Below are positions 20,274 to 32,908 of a stretch of DNA of 64,000 nucleotides, piece by piece. The stretch is taken from assembly GCF_055900595.2 (NCBI RefSeq), contig NZ_CM148325.1, one strand, 5' to 3'. Under the pieces are notes generated by a model. The model saw only the letters and a program-made list of their open reading frames with translations, was not told the DNA's origin and made no database searches. Position 1 is the stretch's first letter, and every line of letters starts with the position of its first letter. A program made the translations under genes and the position numbers.

Positions 20274-20924
20274 TTAGCCCCACAGTTCGGCGATGGAACG
20301 TTTGAACTGACGCGCGGCTTCAACCGGAGAGGCGGCATCACGGATACTACGCCCAGCGATAAACACATGAATCGGAATGCCTTTGAACAGCGGCAGGTCT
20401 TCCAGCGCCAGGCCACCGGTGACGGTGACTTTGAAGCCCATATCGGAAAGACGTTTGATCGCGGTGATATCCGCTTCGCCCCACGCCACGCCTGCGGCCT
20501 GCGCGTCACGGCTGCGGTGATAAACAACCTGTTGAATGCCTGCGTCGCGCCACTGCTGCGCCTGTTCCCAGGTCCAGTAACCGGTCAGTTCGATCTGCAC
20601 GTCGCCATTAAACTCTTTTGCCACGTCCAGCGCGCCTTTGGCTGTGTTGATATCTGCACAGCAAATTACGGTCACCCAGTCAGCGTTGGCTTCAAAGCAC
20701 ATACGAGAAAGGATTTTTCCGGCATCGGCGATTTTGGCGTCTGCCAGCACGATTTTGTGCGAATAAAGCGCTTTCAGATCGCGAACCGCACGCACGCCTT
20801 CGCCCACGCACAGAATGGTGCCCACTTCGATAATGTCGACTTCTTCGGCAATCAGGCGAGTAGTTTCGTAGGCGCTAGCCATAGTCTGGTTGTCCAGCGC
20901 GACTTGCAACATCGGTAATGACAT
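20274..20924 (-). CDS. ulaD: 3-keto-L-gulonate-6-phosphate decarboxylase UlaD
   Basis: Start set at internal ATG (20922-20924) giving 216 aa [11 protein letters not shown]...; the track ORF has a 51-codon upstream extension. Confidence 0.92.
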   Translation of the reverse strand: MSLPMLQVALDNQTMASAYETTRLIAEEVDIIEVGTILCVGEGVRAVRDLKALYSHKIVLADAKIADAGKILSRMCFEANADWVTVICCADINTAKGALDVAKEFNGDVQIELTGYWTWEQAQQWRDAGIQQVVYHRSRDAQAAGVAWGEADITAIKRLSDMGFKVTVTGGLALEDLPLFKGIPIHVFIAGRSIRDAASPVEAARQFKRSIAELWG

Positions 20925-20937
20925 TTTCAATTCCTTC

Positions 20938-21402
20938 TTAAGCAGCCGCGTTGGTGCGGTCAATGAGATCCAGGACTTCCTGCTCGGTACGGCAGGCGCG
21001 TAAACGGTCGAAATTCTCTTCATCTTCAAACAGGTTGACGATCTGCATGATGCCCACTTCCTGATGCGTGTTGGCATCGACTGCCGCCATCGTGATGAGG
21101 ATATCCACCGGGTCGTTATCTTCGTGGTTGAACTCCAGCGGCTTTTTCAGCGTCACCAGTGCAAAACCGGTTTTCTTGACGCCCTCTTCCGGGCGACCAT
21201 GCGGCATTGCCAGGCCCGGTGCGAGCACAAAGTACGGGCCGTGTTGTTCAACCGCATCCAGAATCGCCTGGTAGTAACGCGGCTCGACAACATCCGCCGC
21301 CACCAGCAGGTCAACGCCGATTTTCACTGCGTCCTGCCATGTCTCAGCTTCAGCCTGCAGACGGATAGATTTATTCTCCGCCAGCGAATCACGTAATTTC
21401 AT
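20938..21402 (-). CDS. ulaC: Ascorbate-specific PTS EIIA component UlaC
   Basis: 154-aa ORF, PTS EIIA-2 type. Confidence 0.93.
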   Translation of the reverse strand: MKLRDSLAENKSIRLQAEAETWQDAVKIGVDLLVAADVVEPRYYQAILDAVEQHGPYFVLAPGLAMPHGRPEEGVKKTGFALVTLKKPLEFNHEDNDPVDILITMAAVDANTHQEVGIMQIVNLFEDEENFDRLRACRTEQEVLDLIDRTNAAA

Positions 21403-21411
21403 AGCGCGCCC

Positions 21412-21717
21412 TTACTTCACGTCCTGCGGGAAATGTTCTTTGATCACTTCCAGCAGTTTCGGGCCAAAGTCAGCAGGAGAGAGCATGTTGCGCACGCCAA
21501 CGACATATTTGTTGCCGGTCACGGTGATCTCGCCCGCGATGTGCGTAGAAGCGATGATGATATCCGCGCCGCTCAACTCGCTTTTGTATTCACCAACCGC
21601 GCAGCTGTTTACCGTGTGGTCGATGTTCGACTGGGTTAAAAACTGGTCCACTTTCATCTTCATGATCATGGAACTGCCTTGTCCGTTACCACACACAGCC
21701 AGAATACGTACGGTCAT
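21412..21717 (-). CDS. ulaB: Ascorbate-specific PTS EIIB component UlaB
   Basis: 101 aa starting [16 protein letters not shown] (phospho-Cys loop). Confidence 0.93.
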
Positions 21718-21732
21718 AATCAAAACTCCTTA

Positions 21733-23484
<1,752 letters not shown>

Positions 23485-24549
23485 ATGAGTAAAGTGAAAA
23501 GTATCACCCGTGAATCCTGGATCCTGAGCACTTTCCCGGAGTGGGGTAGCTGGTTGAATGAAGAAATTGAACAAGAACAGGTAGCTCCTGGCACATTCGC
23601 GATGTGGTGGCTAGGCTGCACCGGGATCTGGCTGAAATCTGAAGGAGGCACCAACGTTTGCGTCGATTTCTGGTGTGGTACTGGCAAACAAAGTCACGGT
23701 AACCCACTAATGAAACAGGGTCACCAGATGCAGCGCATGGCTGGCGTGAAAAAACTGCAACCGAACCTGCGTACCACCCCATTTGTTCTTGATCCGTTTG
23801 CGATTCGCCAGATCGACGCGGTACTGGCAACTCACGATCACAACGATCATATCGACGTCAACGTCGCTGCTGCCGTGATGCAGAACTGCGCTGATGACGT
23901 GCCATTTATCGGGCCGAAAACCTGCGTGGATTTGTGGATTGGCTGGGGTGTGCCGAAAGAACGTTGCATCGTGGTCAAACCGGGCGATGTCGTTAAAGTG
24001 AAAGACATTGAAATTCATGCCCTTGACGCGTTTGACCGTACTGCACTGATCACTTTGCCTGCCGATCAAAAAGCGGCTGGCGTACTGCCAGACGGCATGG
24101 ACGATCGCGCGGTAAACTACCTGTTCAAAACGCCGGGCGGTACCCTGTATCACAGTGGCGATTCCCACTACTCTAACTACTATGCGAAGCACGGTAACGA
24201 GCATCAGATCGACGTGGCATTAGGTTCATACGGTGAAAACCCTCGTGGTATCACCGACAAAATGACCAGTGCTGATATCTTGCGTATGGCAGAAGCGCTG
24301 AATACAAAAGTGGTTATCCCGTTCCACCATGATATCTGGTCAAACTTCCAGGCCGATCCGCAAGAGATCCGCGTACTGTGGGAGATGAAAAAAGATCGCC
24401 TGAAGTATGGCTTCAAGCCGTTTATCTGGCAGGTCGGTGGCAAATTTACCTGGCCGCTGGATAAAGACAACTTCGAGTACCACTATCCACGTGGTTTTGA
24501 CGATTGCTTCACCATTGAACCGGATCTGCCGTTCAAGTCGTTCCTGTAA
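23485..24549 (+). CDS. ulaG: L-ascorbate-6-phosphate lactonase UlaG (metallo-beta-lactamase fold)
   Basis: 354 aa starting [10 protein letters not shown]; HDHNDH metal-binding motif. Confidence 0.93.
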   Translation: MSKVKSITRESWILSTFPEWGSWLNEEIEQEQVAPGTFAMWWLGCTGIWLKSEGGTNVCVDFWCGTGKQSHGNPLMKQGHQMQRMAGVKKLQPNLRTTPFVLDPFAIRQIDAVLATHDHNDHIDVNVAAAVMQNCADDVPFIGPKTCVDLWIGWGVPKERCIVVKPGDVVKVKDIEIHALDAFDRTALITLPADQKAAGVLPDGMDDRAVNYLFKTPGGTLYHSGDSHYSNYYAKHGNEHQIDVALGSYGENPRGITDKMTSADILRMAEALNTKVVIPFHHDIWSNFQADPQEIRVLWEMKKDRLKYGFKPFIWQVGGKFTWPLDKDNFEYHYPRGFDDCFTIEPDLPFKSFL

Positions 24550-24656
24550 TCTGTCGTTTATACCGGATGGCGTGGAGAAGTTCGCGCTATCCGGCGTAGT
24601 ATTTCCTGGCTATTTCAAATATCATCTAAAAAAATCAAATTTTATCGGAATAGCTC

Positions 24657-25412
24657 ATGACTGAAGCACAAAGACATCAAATTCTCCTGGAAATGCTCGC
24701 ACAATTGGGCTTTGTGACCGTTGAGAAAGTCGTTGAGCGTCTGGGAATTTCGCCTGCTACCGCTCGACGCGATATCAATAAACTTGACGAAAGCGGCAAA
24801 CTGAAAAAAGTGCGCAATGGCGCAGAAGCCATCACCCAGCAGCGCCCACGCTGGACGCCGATGAATCTGCATCAGGCGCAGAACCATGATGAAAAAGTAC
24901 GTATCGCTAAAGCAGCCTCGCAGCTGGTGAATCCCGGCGAAAGCGTCGTCATCAACTGCGGTTCCACCGCGTTTCTGCTTGGGCGGGAAATGTGTGGCAA
25001 GCCAGTGCAAATCATTACTAATTATCTACCGCTGGCGAATTACCTGATCGATCAGGAGCATGACAGCGTGATTATCATGGGCGGCCAATACAACAAAAGC
25101 CAGTCCATCACCTTAAGTCCACAGGGCAGCGAAAACAGTCTCTATGCCGGGCACTGGATGTTTACCAGTGGCAAAGGACTGACCGCAGAAGGGTTGTATA
25201 AAACCGATATGCTGACGGCAATGGCAGAGCAGAAGATGTTGAGCGTGGTAGGGAAACTGGTGGTACTGGTTGATAGCAGTAAGATCGGCGAACGTGCGGG
25301 GATGCTCTTTAGTCGTGCAGATCAAATCGATATGCTGATCACCGGCAAAAATGCTAACCCGGAAATCCTGCAACAACTGGAAGCGCAAGGGGTCAGCATT
25401 CTGCGTGTTTAA
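24657..25412 (+). CDS. ulaR: DeoR-family repressor of the ula regulon UlaR
   Basis: 251-aa ORF with N-terminal HTH ([16 protein letters not shown]). Confidence 0.93.
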
Positions 25413-26158
25413 AGATGCTGCTGGAAAAATGTCACGGCAGCATCTAATGCCTCAGGCGTAATGCGGTGACGCACGCCTGGCTGCCATGAACAGGTTAGCA
25501 GTTTATCCCGTCCCGTCTCGCTTAAGGCCTGCTGCAAACGTAGTGATTCGTCGGCAGGCACGACGTCATCGTCAAGGCCATGCCACAGCAGTAGAGGTCT
25601 GTCACCAAGTTGTTCCAGGTGGTTTGTCGCTTCCCACTCTGCCAGCGGCGCGACAATGTTATTGAATTCATTCTGCTGTGCTGCCGTTTCAGGTATCAGC
25701 GGTGGAAACAGTGAACGGGCGAGCGATGTAAAATAGCCCGATCCCATCATGCTGGCGGTACATTTCACCGTGGGGTGGCGAGCGGTAATTCCCAGTGCCG
25801 TCATCGCGCCCATCGACGCGCCACCGACTGCCAGACGGTCAGCAAGCAGCCAGTTTTCTTCGGCTATTGCCGCACGTAAGGTAGTGAATTCCTGCATACT
25901 TTGTAGCAAAATTTGCCAAAATTGATTTAACCGCCGCGCTGCGTCGCCCCTAAAACGGCTACCGTGATCGGGCGCATCCGGCATGATCACCCGCAAACCA
26001 GCCTGCGCCAGCGCAACGGCAAAATAGCTATACACCAGACTGGACGAAGTAAAGCCGTGATAAAAAATCACGCACGGTAACGGGGTATCTTTTTGCCCGA
26101 CAGGATAAGCATGAAGAACGGGAATATCTGCCAGCACGCGCGAGTCTATTTCAATCAT
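25409..26158 (-). CDS. yjfP: Esterase YjfP (alpha/beta hydrolase)
   Basis: 249-aa ORF; GASMG nucleophile elbow; stop overlaps the ulaR stop region (convergent). Confidence 0.9.
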
Positions 26159-26339
26159 CTGTCTCTCCTTTTTGTCTGGTATGACATGAAGAAATCCTTA
26201 GCACAAGTTTCTGCTGGCGGTATTAGTTCATAATGTTGAGATGTGGGTTACGCTTTCATCACGTTTTCATTCGAAAATCGCGTACCAGGTAACAATTCGG
26301 GAACATTCCCCCAAAGTTAAATTAATAAGGCACTACACT

Positions 26340-26669
26340 ATGGTTAGCAGGAAACGTAATAGCGTTATTTACCGGTTTGCCAGTTTATTATTGGTGTTGA
26401 TGTTAAGTGCCTGTAGCGCACTGCAAGGTACGCCACAGCCAGCACCGCCAGTAACGGACCATCCGCAAGAGATTCGCCGCGACCAGACGCAAGGGTTACA
26501 GCGAATAGGTAGCGTAAGCACGATGGTTCGGGGTTCTCCGGATGACGCATTAGCAGAAATCAGAGCGAAAGCTGTCGCTGCAAAAGCTGATTATTACGTT
26601 GTCGTCATGGTGGACGAAACCATTGTGACAGGACAGTGGTATTCACAAGCTATTTTATACCGTAAATAA
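26340..26669 (+). CDS. bsmA: Biofilm peroxide resistance lipoprotein BsmA (YjfO)
   Basis: 109 aa starting MVSRKRN... with lipoprotein signal ...LMLSAC; DUF1471 C-terminal domain; track ORF extended 33 codons. Confidence 0.85.
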   Translation: MVSRKRNSVIYRFASLLLVLMLSACSALQGTPQPAPPVTDHPQEIRRDQTQGLQRIGSVSTMVRGSPDDALAEIRAKAVAAKADYYVVVMVDETIVTGQWYSQAILYRK

Positions 26670-26817
26670 ATCAGACAACTTATACAGCCAGCTTTACATT
26701 GCTTTGCGTCCCTATGCGTTTACCTGTGCACAATAAATTACCAGCTGGAAGCTCGGGCGTTTATTACCGCGATGGAATGCCCTGCAACATGTGGGGAAAC
26801 GAAAAATGGAGCTGACG

Positions 26818-27093
26818 ATGAAACAATTACTTGCCTCACCCTCGCTGCAATTAGTGACTTATCCTGCGAGCACCACGGCACAGTCTGCAGAATTCGCCAG
26901 TGCTGACTGCGTGACGGGCCTGAATGAAATAGGTCAGATCTCGGTTAGCAATATTTCAGGGGATCCGCAGGACGTGGAACGTATCGTGGCGTTAAAGGCC
27001 GATGAACAAGGTGCATCATGGTACCGCATTATTACCATGTACGAAGACCAGCAGCCTGATAACTGGCGCGTACAGGCGATCCTGTATGCGTGA
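26818..27093 (+). CDS. yjfN: DUF1471-family secreted protein YjfN
   Basis: 91 aa from ATG 26818 with GGAG RBS; upstream in-frame starts at 26791 (GTG) and 26806 possible. Confidence 0.8.
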   Translation: MKQLLASPSLQLVTYPASTTAQSAEFASADCVTGLNEIGQISVSNISGDPQDVERIVALKADEQGASWYRIITMYEDQQPDNWRVQAILYA

Positions 27094-27117
27094 GTGTCAT
27101 CTACAGCAAATGAACAA

Positions 27118-27152
27118 TGCCGGATGCGGCACCTGTGCCTTATCCGGCCAAC
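27118..27152. repeat. REP element (gccggatgcggc...cttatccggcc)
   Basis: Classic REP palindrome read directly, between yjfN and aidB. Confidence 0.7.
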
Positions 27153-27242
27153 AGTTCCTGAAATTTCATTGTGTTAGTTGATAACACGTAATGCTGCTGT
27201 TGCCATTATAAGACGCGCTAGAATCACATCTGGCTGACTCGT

Positions 27243-28868
27243 TTATAAACATACTCCCCCCGTCGCCCGCAGCAATAAATCATTCTGGATCTGCTCTGAC
27301 AACCGCACGCCGCCGCGCGTATCAAACATCATCTGACACCACGCCTGCGCCATTGGCGGAGAGGCATATTTCAACATTTGCGCGCCGCAACCCAGCAGGA
27401 ATAGCTGACGAGTAATCTCTCGCCCCATTTCTTCAGCTGGCTTACGCAGTTGCTGCTGCAAACGACGAACCGCGCGATCAAAATAGCGATCCTGCCCTTT
27501 CACTTCCATAAACGCTTCCGACAGTAAGTCGTATACACCCGCCTGCTTATTAAGAACGCGCAATACATCCAGGCACATAATATTGCCAGAACCTTCCCAG
27601 ATGCTGTTCACCGGCATTTCCCTGTAAAGCCGCGGCAGCTCGCTCTCCTCGCAATAACCAATACCGCCCAGCACCTCCATCGCTTCGGCCACAAACGGCA
27701 TACCACGTTTGCAGATAACAAATTTCGCCGCAGGCGTAAATAAACGCGCCCACAAGGCTTCTTTGGCATCGGCACGCCGATCCCACGCTCGCGCAAGACG
27801 AAACAGCAACGCCGTTTGCCCTTCAAGCTGGAGAGCCATGCGGCTTAAGACATGACGCATCAGAGGCTGTTGGATCAATGGATTACCAAAAACATGGCGT
27901 TGATGTGCATGATAAATCGCCAGTGAGAATGCACGGCGCATCATGGCATGGCTGCCCAGAGCACAATCAAAACGTGTCATCCCGCCCATTTTCAGGATCA
28001 GGTGAATTCCTTCCCCTTCCTGCCCCAATAACCAGCCTATGGCATCCTGAAACTCCACCTCGCCGCTGGCGTTGGAGCGATTGCCCAGCTTATCTTTCAG
28101 CCGCTCCAGGCGAATCGCGTTGCGTTGCCCGTCAGGCAAAAAGCGCGGCACAAAAAAGCAGGACAAACCGCCAGTGGTCTGCGCCAGTACCAGATGCGCA
28201 TCGCTTTGCGGCACCGAGAAAAACCATTTATGCCCCACCAGCCGATAAGAGCCATCGTCCAGACGCTCTGCGCGGGTAGTGTTGCTCATCACATCGGAAC
28301 CGCCCTGCTTTTCCGTCATGCCCATGCCAATCAACAAACCGCGTTTTTGCCCACCTGGCAATAAGTGGGAATCGTAGCGATCGCTCAACAGCGGCGTGGT
28401 CCAGTCCTGAAACGGTGCGGGTAACATCTGTAATAACAATGGCGTGGCGGCAAAGGTCATCGTTATCGGGCATAACGACCCAGCCTCAACCTGTGCGTGC
28501 AACATAAAACGCGCCGCTCGCGCCACAAATGCGCCGGAGCGAGCGTCTTCTTCCCAGGCCAGATTGTGTACCCGATTGGTACATAACGCCTGCATCAGCA
28601 GGTGCCAGGCGGGGTGAAAACGCACATCGTCCAGACGGCGTCCTTGCGCATCGTAGCGCAATAATTCGGGCGGATTCACATTCGCCAGTCGCCCCAGTTC
28701 AAGGGATTCAGCCGTTCCTAACTGCTGACCAATACTGGCGAGAAAATCGCTATCCCAGCCAGCACCTTCACGCGTTACCGCTTCGCAGAGCGCGCCATCA
28801 GACAGGTATAAGTTGCTGTTATTTAATGGTATAGGTTGATTAAAAACGGTGTGAGTTTGCCAGTGCAC
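27243..28868 (-). CDS. aidB: Adaptive-response acyl-CoA dehydrogenase-like protein AidB
   Basis: 541 aa if initiated at GTG (28866-28868, VHWQTH...); acyl-CoA dehydrogenase fold. Confidence 0.9.
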   Translation of the reverse strand: MHWQTHTVFNQPIPLNNSNLYLSDGALCEAVTREGAGWDSDFLASIGQQLGTAESLELGRLANVNPPELLRYDAQGRRLDDVRFHPAWHLLMQALCTNRVHNLAWEEDARSGAFVARAARFMLHAQVEAGSLCPITMTFAATPLLLQMLPAPFQDWTTPLLSDRYDSHLLPGGQKRGLLIGMGMTEKQGGSDVMSNTTRAERLDDGSYRLVGHKWFFSVPQSDAHLVLAQTTGGLSCFFVPRFLPDGQRNAIRLERLKDKLGNRSNASGEVEFQDAIGWLLGQEGEGIHLILKMGGMTRFDCALGSHAMMRRAFSLAIYHAHQRHVFGNPLIQQPLMRHVLSRMALQLEGQTALLFRLARAWDRRADAKEALWARLFTPAAKFVICKRGMPFVAEAMEVLGGIGYCEESELPRLYREMPVNSIWEGSGNIMCLDVLRVLNKQAGVYDLLSEAFMEVKGQDRYFDRAVRRLQQQLRKPAEEMGREITRQLFLLGCGAQMLKYASPPMAQAWCQMMFDTRGGVRLSEQIQNDLLLRATGGVCL

Positions 28869-28951
28869 TGTGTCTCCCTCCATCAATGGCAGTTACCATT
28901 AGTATGGTCACTGCCACGGATTCCTGACAGAAAGAGATTGCTAAAACATTC

Positions 28952-30115
28952 TTAGCCAGCAATATAATGCGGAACGAAACGTGAGGTGTCTTTGGTGATC
29001 AGCGTGTTATCTTCACGGATCCCCATTCCGCACGCTTCATCATCAACAATCCAGCTACCAATGAGTGTGTAGCTATCGCCAAATCGTGGCAGAGGTTGAA
29101 ATGCCTGGTAGATCATCGGTTCATCGGCATAATCACCCTCAGCGTGGTCAACGACGTTATTCTGACCATCGAAAATGGTGACGTTACCGCCCTCGCGTGA
29201 GTAGATCGGTTTACGCACATAGCTTTCGCCAGCGGCAATCTGCGGTTTTTCGCCATCAAACCAGGATGCAAGTAGGTTAGGATGACCAGGAAAGAAGCGC
29301 CAAAGCAGCGGCATTAACCCTTTGTTGCTCAAGATACTTTTCCATAACGGCTCCACCCATTGCTCGCGGCGCTTGCGCAGCAGCGGACCGTTATCGTCAC
29401 GCATCATCCATTCCAGCGGATACAGCTTAAATGCACGCTGGATGACATTATCATCAAGATCGGTCAGTACACCGCCGACGCCTAAACCGAGATCTTCAAT
29501 GTAGATAAACCGTGACTCCTGCCCAGCCTGCTGAGCGCAGTCCTGCAAGTACAGCACAGTACTCCTGTCTTCGTCGGTATCCTGACAACAGCAGAAATAA
29601 AACGGTTCCCGACTGTAAAGCTCGCTAAAACGCGAAATCAGGCGTTCCTGAATGGCATTGTACTGATCGGCATCACGCGGAATACTGCCGCTACGCCGCG
29701 CATCTTCCAGCCACAGCCACTGGAAATAAGCCGACTCATACAATGAGGTCGGCGTATCGGCGTTGTACTCCAGCAGCTTCACCGGCGCATTACCACACCA
29801 GGCAAAATCCATCCGACCATACAGCGAAGGATCGCGTGCGCGCCAGCTTTCAGCGATCACATCCCAGTACAGCGGGGGGATCGCCAGTTGCGTCAGGATC
29901 TCTTCGTCTTGAACCGCACGATCCACCACCTCAAGGCACATCTGATGCAGTTCCGCAGTTGGTTTTTCGATCTGCTCTTCTATCTGCCGCAGAGTAAAGC
30001 GGTAAGCCAGACTCTCATCCCAATAAATTTCATTATCGATGATATGAAAGTCGAAACCGTTGTCGGCGGCGATCTGGTCCAGATCCCGTCGTACAGGAAC
30101 GTTGTGTCTCAGCAT
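28952..30115 (-). CDS. yjfC: Glutathionylspermidine-synthase-like ATP-grasp protein YjfC
   Basis: 387-aa ORF, last gene of the yjfKLMC unit. Confidence 0.88.
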   Translation of the reverse strand: MLRHNVPVRRDLDQIAADNGFDFHIIDNEIYWDESLAYRFTLRQIEEQIEKPTAELHQMCLEVVDRAVQDEEILTQLAIPPLYWDVIAESWRARDPSLYGRMDFAWCGNAPVKLLEYNADTPTSLYESAYFQWLWLEDARRSGSIPRDADQYNAIQERLISRFSELYSREPFYFCCCQDTDEDRSTVLYLQDCAQQAGQESRFIYIEDLGLGVGGVLTDLDDNVIQRAFKLYPLEWMMRDDNGPLLRKRREQWVEPLWKSILSNKGLMPLLWRFFPGHPNLLASWFDGEKPQIAAGESYVRKPIYSREGGNVTIFDGQNNVVDHAEGDYADEPMIYQAFQPLPRFGDSYTLIGSWIVDDEACGMGIREDNTLITKDTSRFVPHYIAG

Positions 30116-30117
30116 GA

Positions 30118-30756
30118 TTAGCCTCCCCAGTGCCCACGGGCGCTGGAAGAACGACCATAGCCGCCGCGAGAAACAGTTGACGCTTTTCTGGTGGTAAAGC
30201 CGCCCGAGGAGTAAGACTCTTTTTTGCCAGAACCGGAGCGCCAGGAGTAATCACCGGAAGTATTGCGCCAGACGGGGCGGGAAGCAAATGAGGATCCACC
30301 GCTGTTATAAACGAACGGCTCATCGCGATCTTTACGAATAACCCGGCTTAATAAAAATCCAGAAATGACCGGGATCCAACTCTGTTCAACATTGTCGTAG
30401 TAGCAATTTTCGTACTTAGACTGACAATTCTGCTGAGTCATATTCTTCGGAACATCGGCATAAAATGCCGCTTTGGCATTGTTCCAGCCATGAGCACAGA
30501 TATCTGAATTATTACCGTCATCAATACAATCCTGCACTGTCGAGTAAAACGTTCCGTCACCGTCGTTATCGACATCACCACTATCGCCACAACCTTTCAA
30601 TACAAAAAAAGCTGCACCGCCCATTAGCGCCAACGTTAAGTATTTTTGTGCGTAGCGATTGCGTCGCGGCTCAAAAGGATTATTAGGTCTTCCAATGCGA
30701 CTGATCGCTCCGTGACCAATTTTACTGTTATTTCTTGATTTGCGTTTTCTGGCCAT
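30118..30756 (-). CDS. yjfM: DUF1190 protein YjfM
   Basis: 212-aa ORF with N-terminal basic segment and Gly/Ser-rich C-terminus. Confidence 0.85.
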   Translation of the reverse strand: MARKRKSRNNSKIGHGAISRIGRPNNPFEPRRNRYAQKYLTLALMGGAAFFVLKGCGDSGDVDNDGDGTFYSTVQDCIDDGNNSDICAHGWNNAKAAFYADVPKNMTQQNCQSKYENCYYDNVEQSWIPVISGFLLSRVIRKDRDEPFVYNSGGSSFASRPVWRNTSGDYSWRSGSGKKESYSSGGFTTRKASTVSRGGYGRSSSARGHWGG

Positions 30757-30765
30757 GATCGTCCA

Positions 30766-31164
30766 TTACCATGTCATACAAGCTGCGTTAAAAATACCGC
30801 CAGCCAGCGCGGCGGTTCCCATAAACATTCCTGCTGCGGTATTGTGATTAATAATTTTTTCGCTTAATGCTGGCATATAAAGTCTGACGCCAGCAAAAAC
30901 GAGTAACTGAATCACCAGTGCGATCCCGCCCCAGGCAAAATAATCCGGAATACTCACCGCATTGATTGCCGCACTAGATAATGGGATCACGTAACCCAAC
31001 AATGTACCACTGAACGCCAGTGCCGCCGCGGTATTATTGTTTTTAATTAACTGCCATTCGTTGTGCGGTGTAATTTTGGAGTAGATAAACAGAAAAATAA
31101 TCACCATAGCCACGCCAATAAAAAAATAGGCGCTAAAGGCAAGAAGTGAATCCAGTATATGCAT
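30766..31164 (-). CDS. yjfL: DUF350 inner membrane protein YjfL
   Basis: 132-aa hydrophobic ORF. Confidence 0.85.
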   Translation of the reverse strand: MHILDSLLAFSAYFFIGVAMVIIFLFIYSKITPHNEWQLIKNNNTAAALAFSGTLLGYVIPLSSAAINAVSIPDYFAWGGIALVIQLLVFAGVRLYMPALSEKIINHNTAAGMFMGTAALAGGIFNAACMTW

Positions 31165-31181
31165 CGTAAACGTCCTTGTAA

Positions 31182-31841
31182 TTAACCAATAATATGAAGT
31201 GATGTCAGTGGGATATCAACACCCAGTGCGCGCGAAAATAACCACTCCGGCTCGCCGAGATCGTTAAAAGATTCCTCACCATTTAACAGCAAATATTCAC
31301 AGGTATCTTCGGTCACCTGCCGTTCATAGCCCATGGTAAAATTATGCACTTCCCATTTGGCGTGGTTTTGATTTTCAACTTTTTCCAGCATATAGACGGG
31401 TTCGATATTCCCCGGTTCTTCGCTGTTAAAAAATCGCTGCCAGCGTTTTTCCTGCCAGTTTAAAGTCATTGCCCCCATCGCTTTGGCATTGATCGCCTCG
31501 CGCCAGTGGCTCTCTTTACTGATACCGTAGCTCTCTTCATAGACAAAGAGCTTGATATCATCAATGTCATCAATATCTTCGCCGCCGGTGGTATTGATTT
31601 GCAGAAATTCATCGCCCGAAGTGTAGTAGCGGAAAATCTGACTACCGCCGCCCAGATCGATGTGGCTGACAGCGGCTACCGTAAATTCTTCACCCGGCAG
31701 CGCAATCAGCAATTCATCTTCCAGCAAACGAAACGCTAACGTGTCGAGCGTAAAGCCGCTATTGAGATGAAGTCCCAGTGGGCCACGTGCGATTGCAGGT
31801 TTATCATCCTTACCAAACAGACGCTTGAAAAAACTTGTCAT
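31182..31841 (-). CDS. yjfK: DUF2491 protein YjfK
   Basis: 219-aa ORF; start codon overlaps the stop of the upstream channel-like gene (ATGA). Confidence 0.85.
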   Translation of the reverse strand: MTSFFKRLFGKDDKPAIARGPLGLHLNSGFTLDTLAFRLLEDELLIALPGEEFTVAAVSHIDLGGGSQIFRYYTSGDEFLQINTTGGEDIDDIDDIKLFVYEESYGISKESHWREAINAKAMGAMTLNWQEKRWQRFFNSEEPGNIEPVYMLEKVENQNHAKWEVHNFTMGYERQVTEDTCEYLLLNGEESFNDLGEPEWLFSRALGVDIPLTSLHIIG

Positions 31842-32908
31842 ATGCTTCCCTCAATGTCCTGCCATGCCACTTCTTCAGCCAAAATACGGTTATTGCCAAT
31901 AAGATGCAGCCACATACCGCCTTTAACTTCCGTTGCAATGACTGGATTCAGTTCCATTCCCCTACCATTTTTACAACTGCTTATTCCCAGGACGGTGGCA
32001 TCATGATGAAGTTTCATATAATGCATCAATGCGCCATAACGCATTGAGGTAACCCGTTCAGGAATCGGTAAAACAAACCCCGTATCCCCCAGCATTGGAT
32101 TCATAATCGATGCCACTGATTGAGATGAACCGGGATCTTGTATTGAACGGGAAAGTTGTTCTGCTGAAATATTTCGCACTATTTCAATACGTTGACAATG
32201 AACCTCTAATAAACGAGCGTAGCGTTCATCTTCCAGATAAGCGACGATATGGCATCTTTCAGGAATAAAATCCGCCAGGGATAGTGCGGTCGTGAACGTC
32301 TGCTCATCAGTTTGCGAAAAGATGATGACACTTTGGCAATTTGCCAGTCCCATGCGGGTATGTTCATGCGGATCATTAAAATTACTAATACGAATGAAAT
32401 CGACCCAATTATTTCCAGGCATCGGATGTTGAATATCATCCCGCTCACACAAAAGTACCCGGCCAAATGCTCTTCGGGAATCAAACAACAATAATGAAAT
32501 CATCTTTTCAGTCTGATGCCCGCGCCATCCAATGACCAGCATATGGTTGCGCAAATTGCTGTAGTCGCCCATTCCCGTCATTCCTTTCGCCAATATGTCT
32601 TGCACTAATGCAATGACTTTTCCCATTAAAGCGCCAAATAAACCAACACTCACAGGAATCTGCCAGAGCGCTGTGAACAGACGTCCCCCCACCGTTTGGG
32701 GTGTGATATCACCAAACCCCAGCGTTGATCCCACAACCGAGCAGTAATAAATAAAATTACTCAGTTGACCTACCAACGCCTCTTCATGCAACGCAGTTAA
32801 CACCAGATAACAAAACAGATACTGTCCTGTAAATAATCCAGTCAATGCCGGCCAGGTAAGCCTGGAAAGGTGACGTCGGCAGGTTTTAATGATCCATGAG
32901 AAGAACAT
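31838..32908 (-). CDS. Two-TM K+-channel-like membrane protein with a C-terminal cytoplasmic domain (possibly RCK/TrkA-like), inserted between yjfJ and yjfK
   Basis: 356-aa ORF; hydrophobic helix - pore-loop TLGFGDITP - hydrophobic helix; C-terminal soluble domain with VIGWRG segment; about 43% GC in sampled stretches and rare codons CGA/AGA/AGG/GGA/TTA seen; coupled by TAATG to yjfJ and ATGA to yjfK. Confidence 0.8.
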   Translation of the reverse strand: MFFSWIIKTCRRHLSRLTWPALTGLFTGQYLFCYLVLTALHEEALVGQLSNFIYYCSVVGSTLGFGDITPQTVGGRLFTALWQIPVSVGLFGALMGKVIALVQDILAKGMTGMGDYSNLRNHMLVIGWRGHQTEKMISLLLFDSRRAFGRVLLCERDDIQHPMPGNNWVDFIRISNFNDPHEHTRMGLANCQSVIIFSQTDEQTFTTALSLADFIPERCHIVAYLEDERYARLLEVHCQRIEIVRNISAEQLSRSIQDPGSSQSVASIMNPMLGDTGFVLPIPERVTSMRYGALMHYMKLHHDATVLGISSCKNGRGMELNPVIATEVKGGMWLHLIGNNRILAEEVAWQDIEGSI

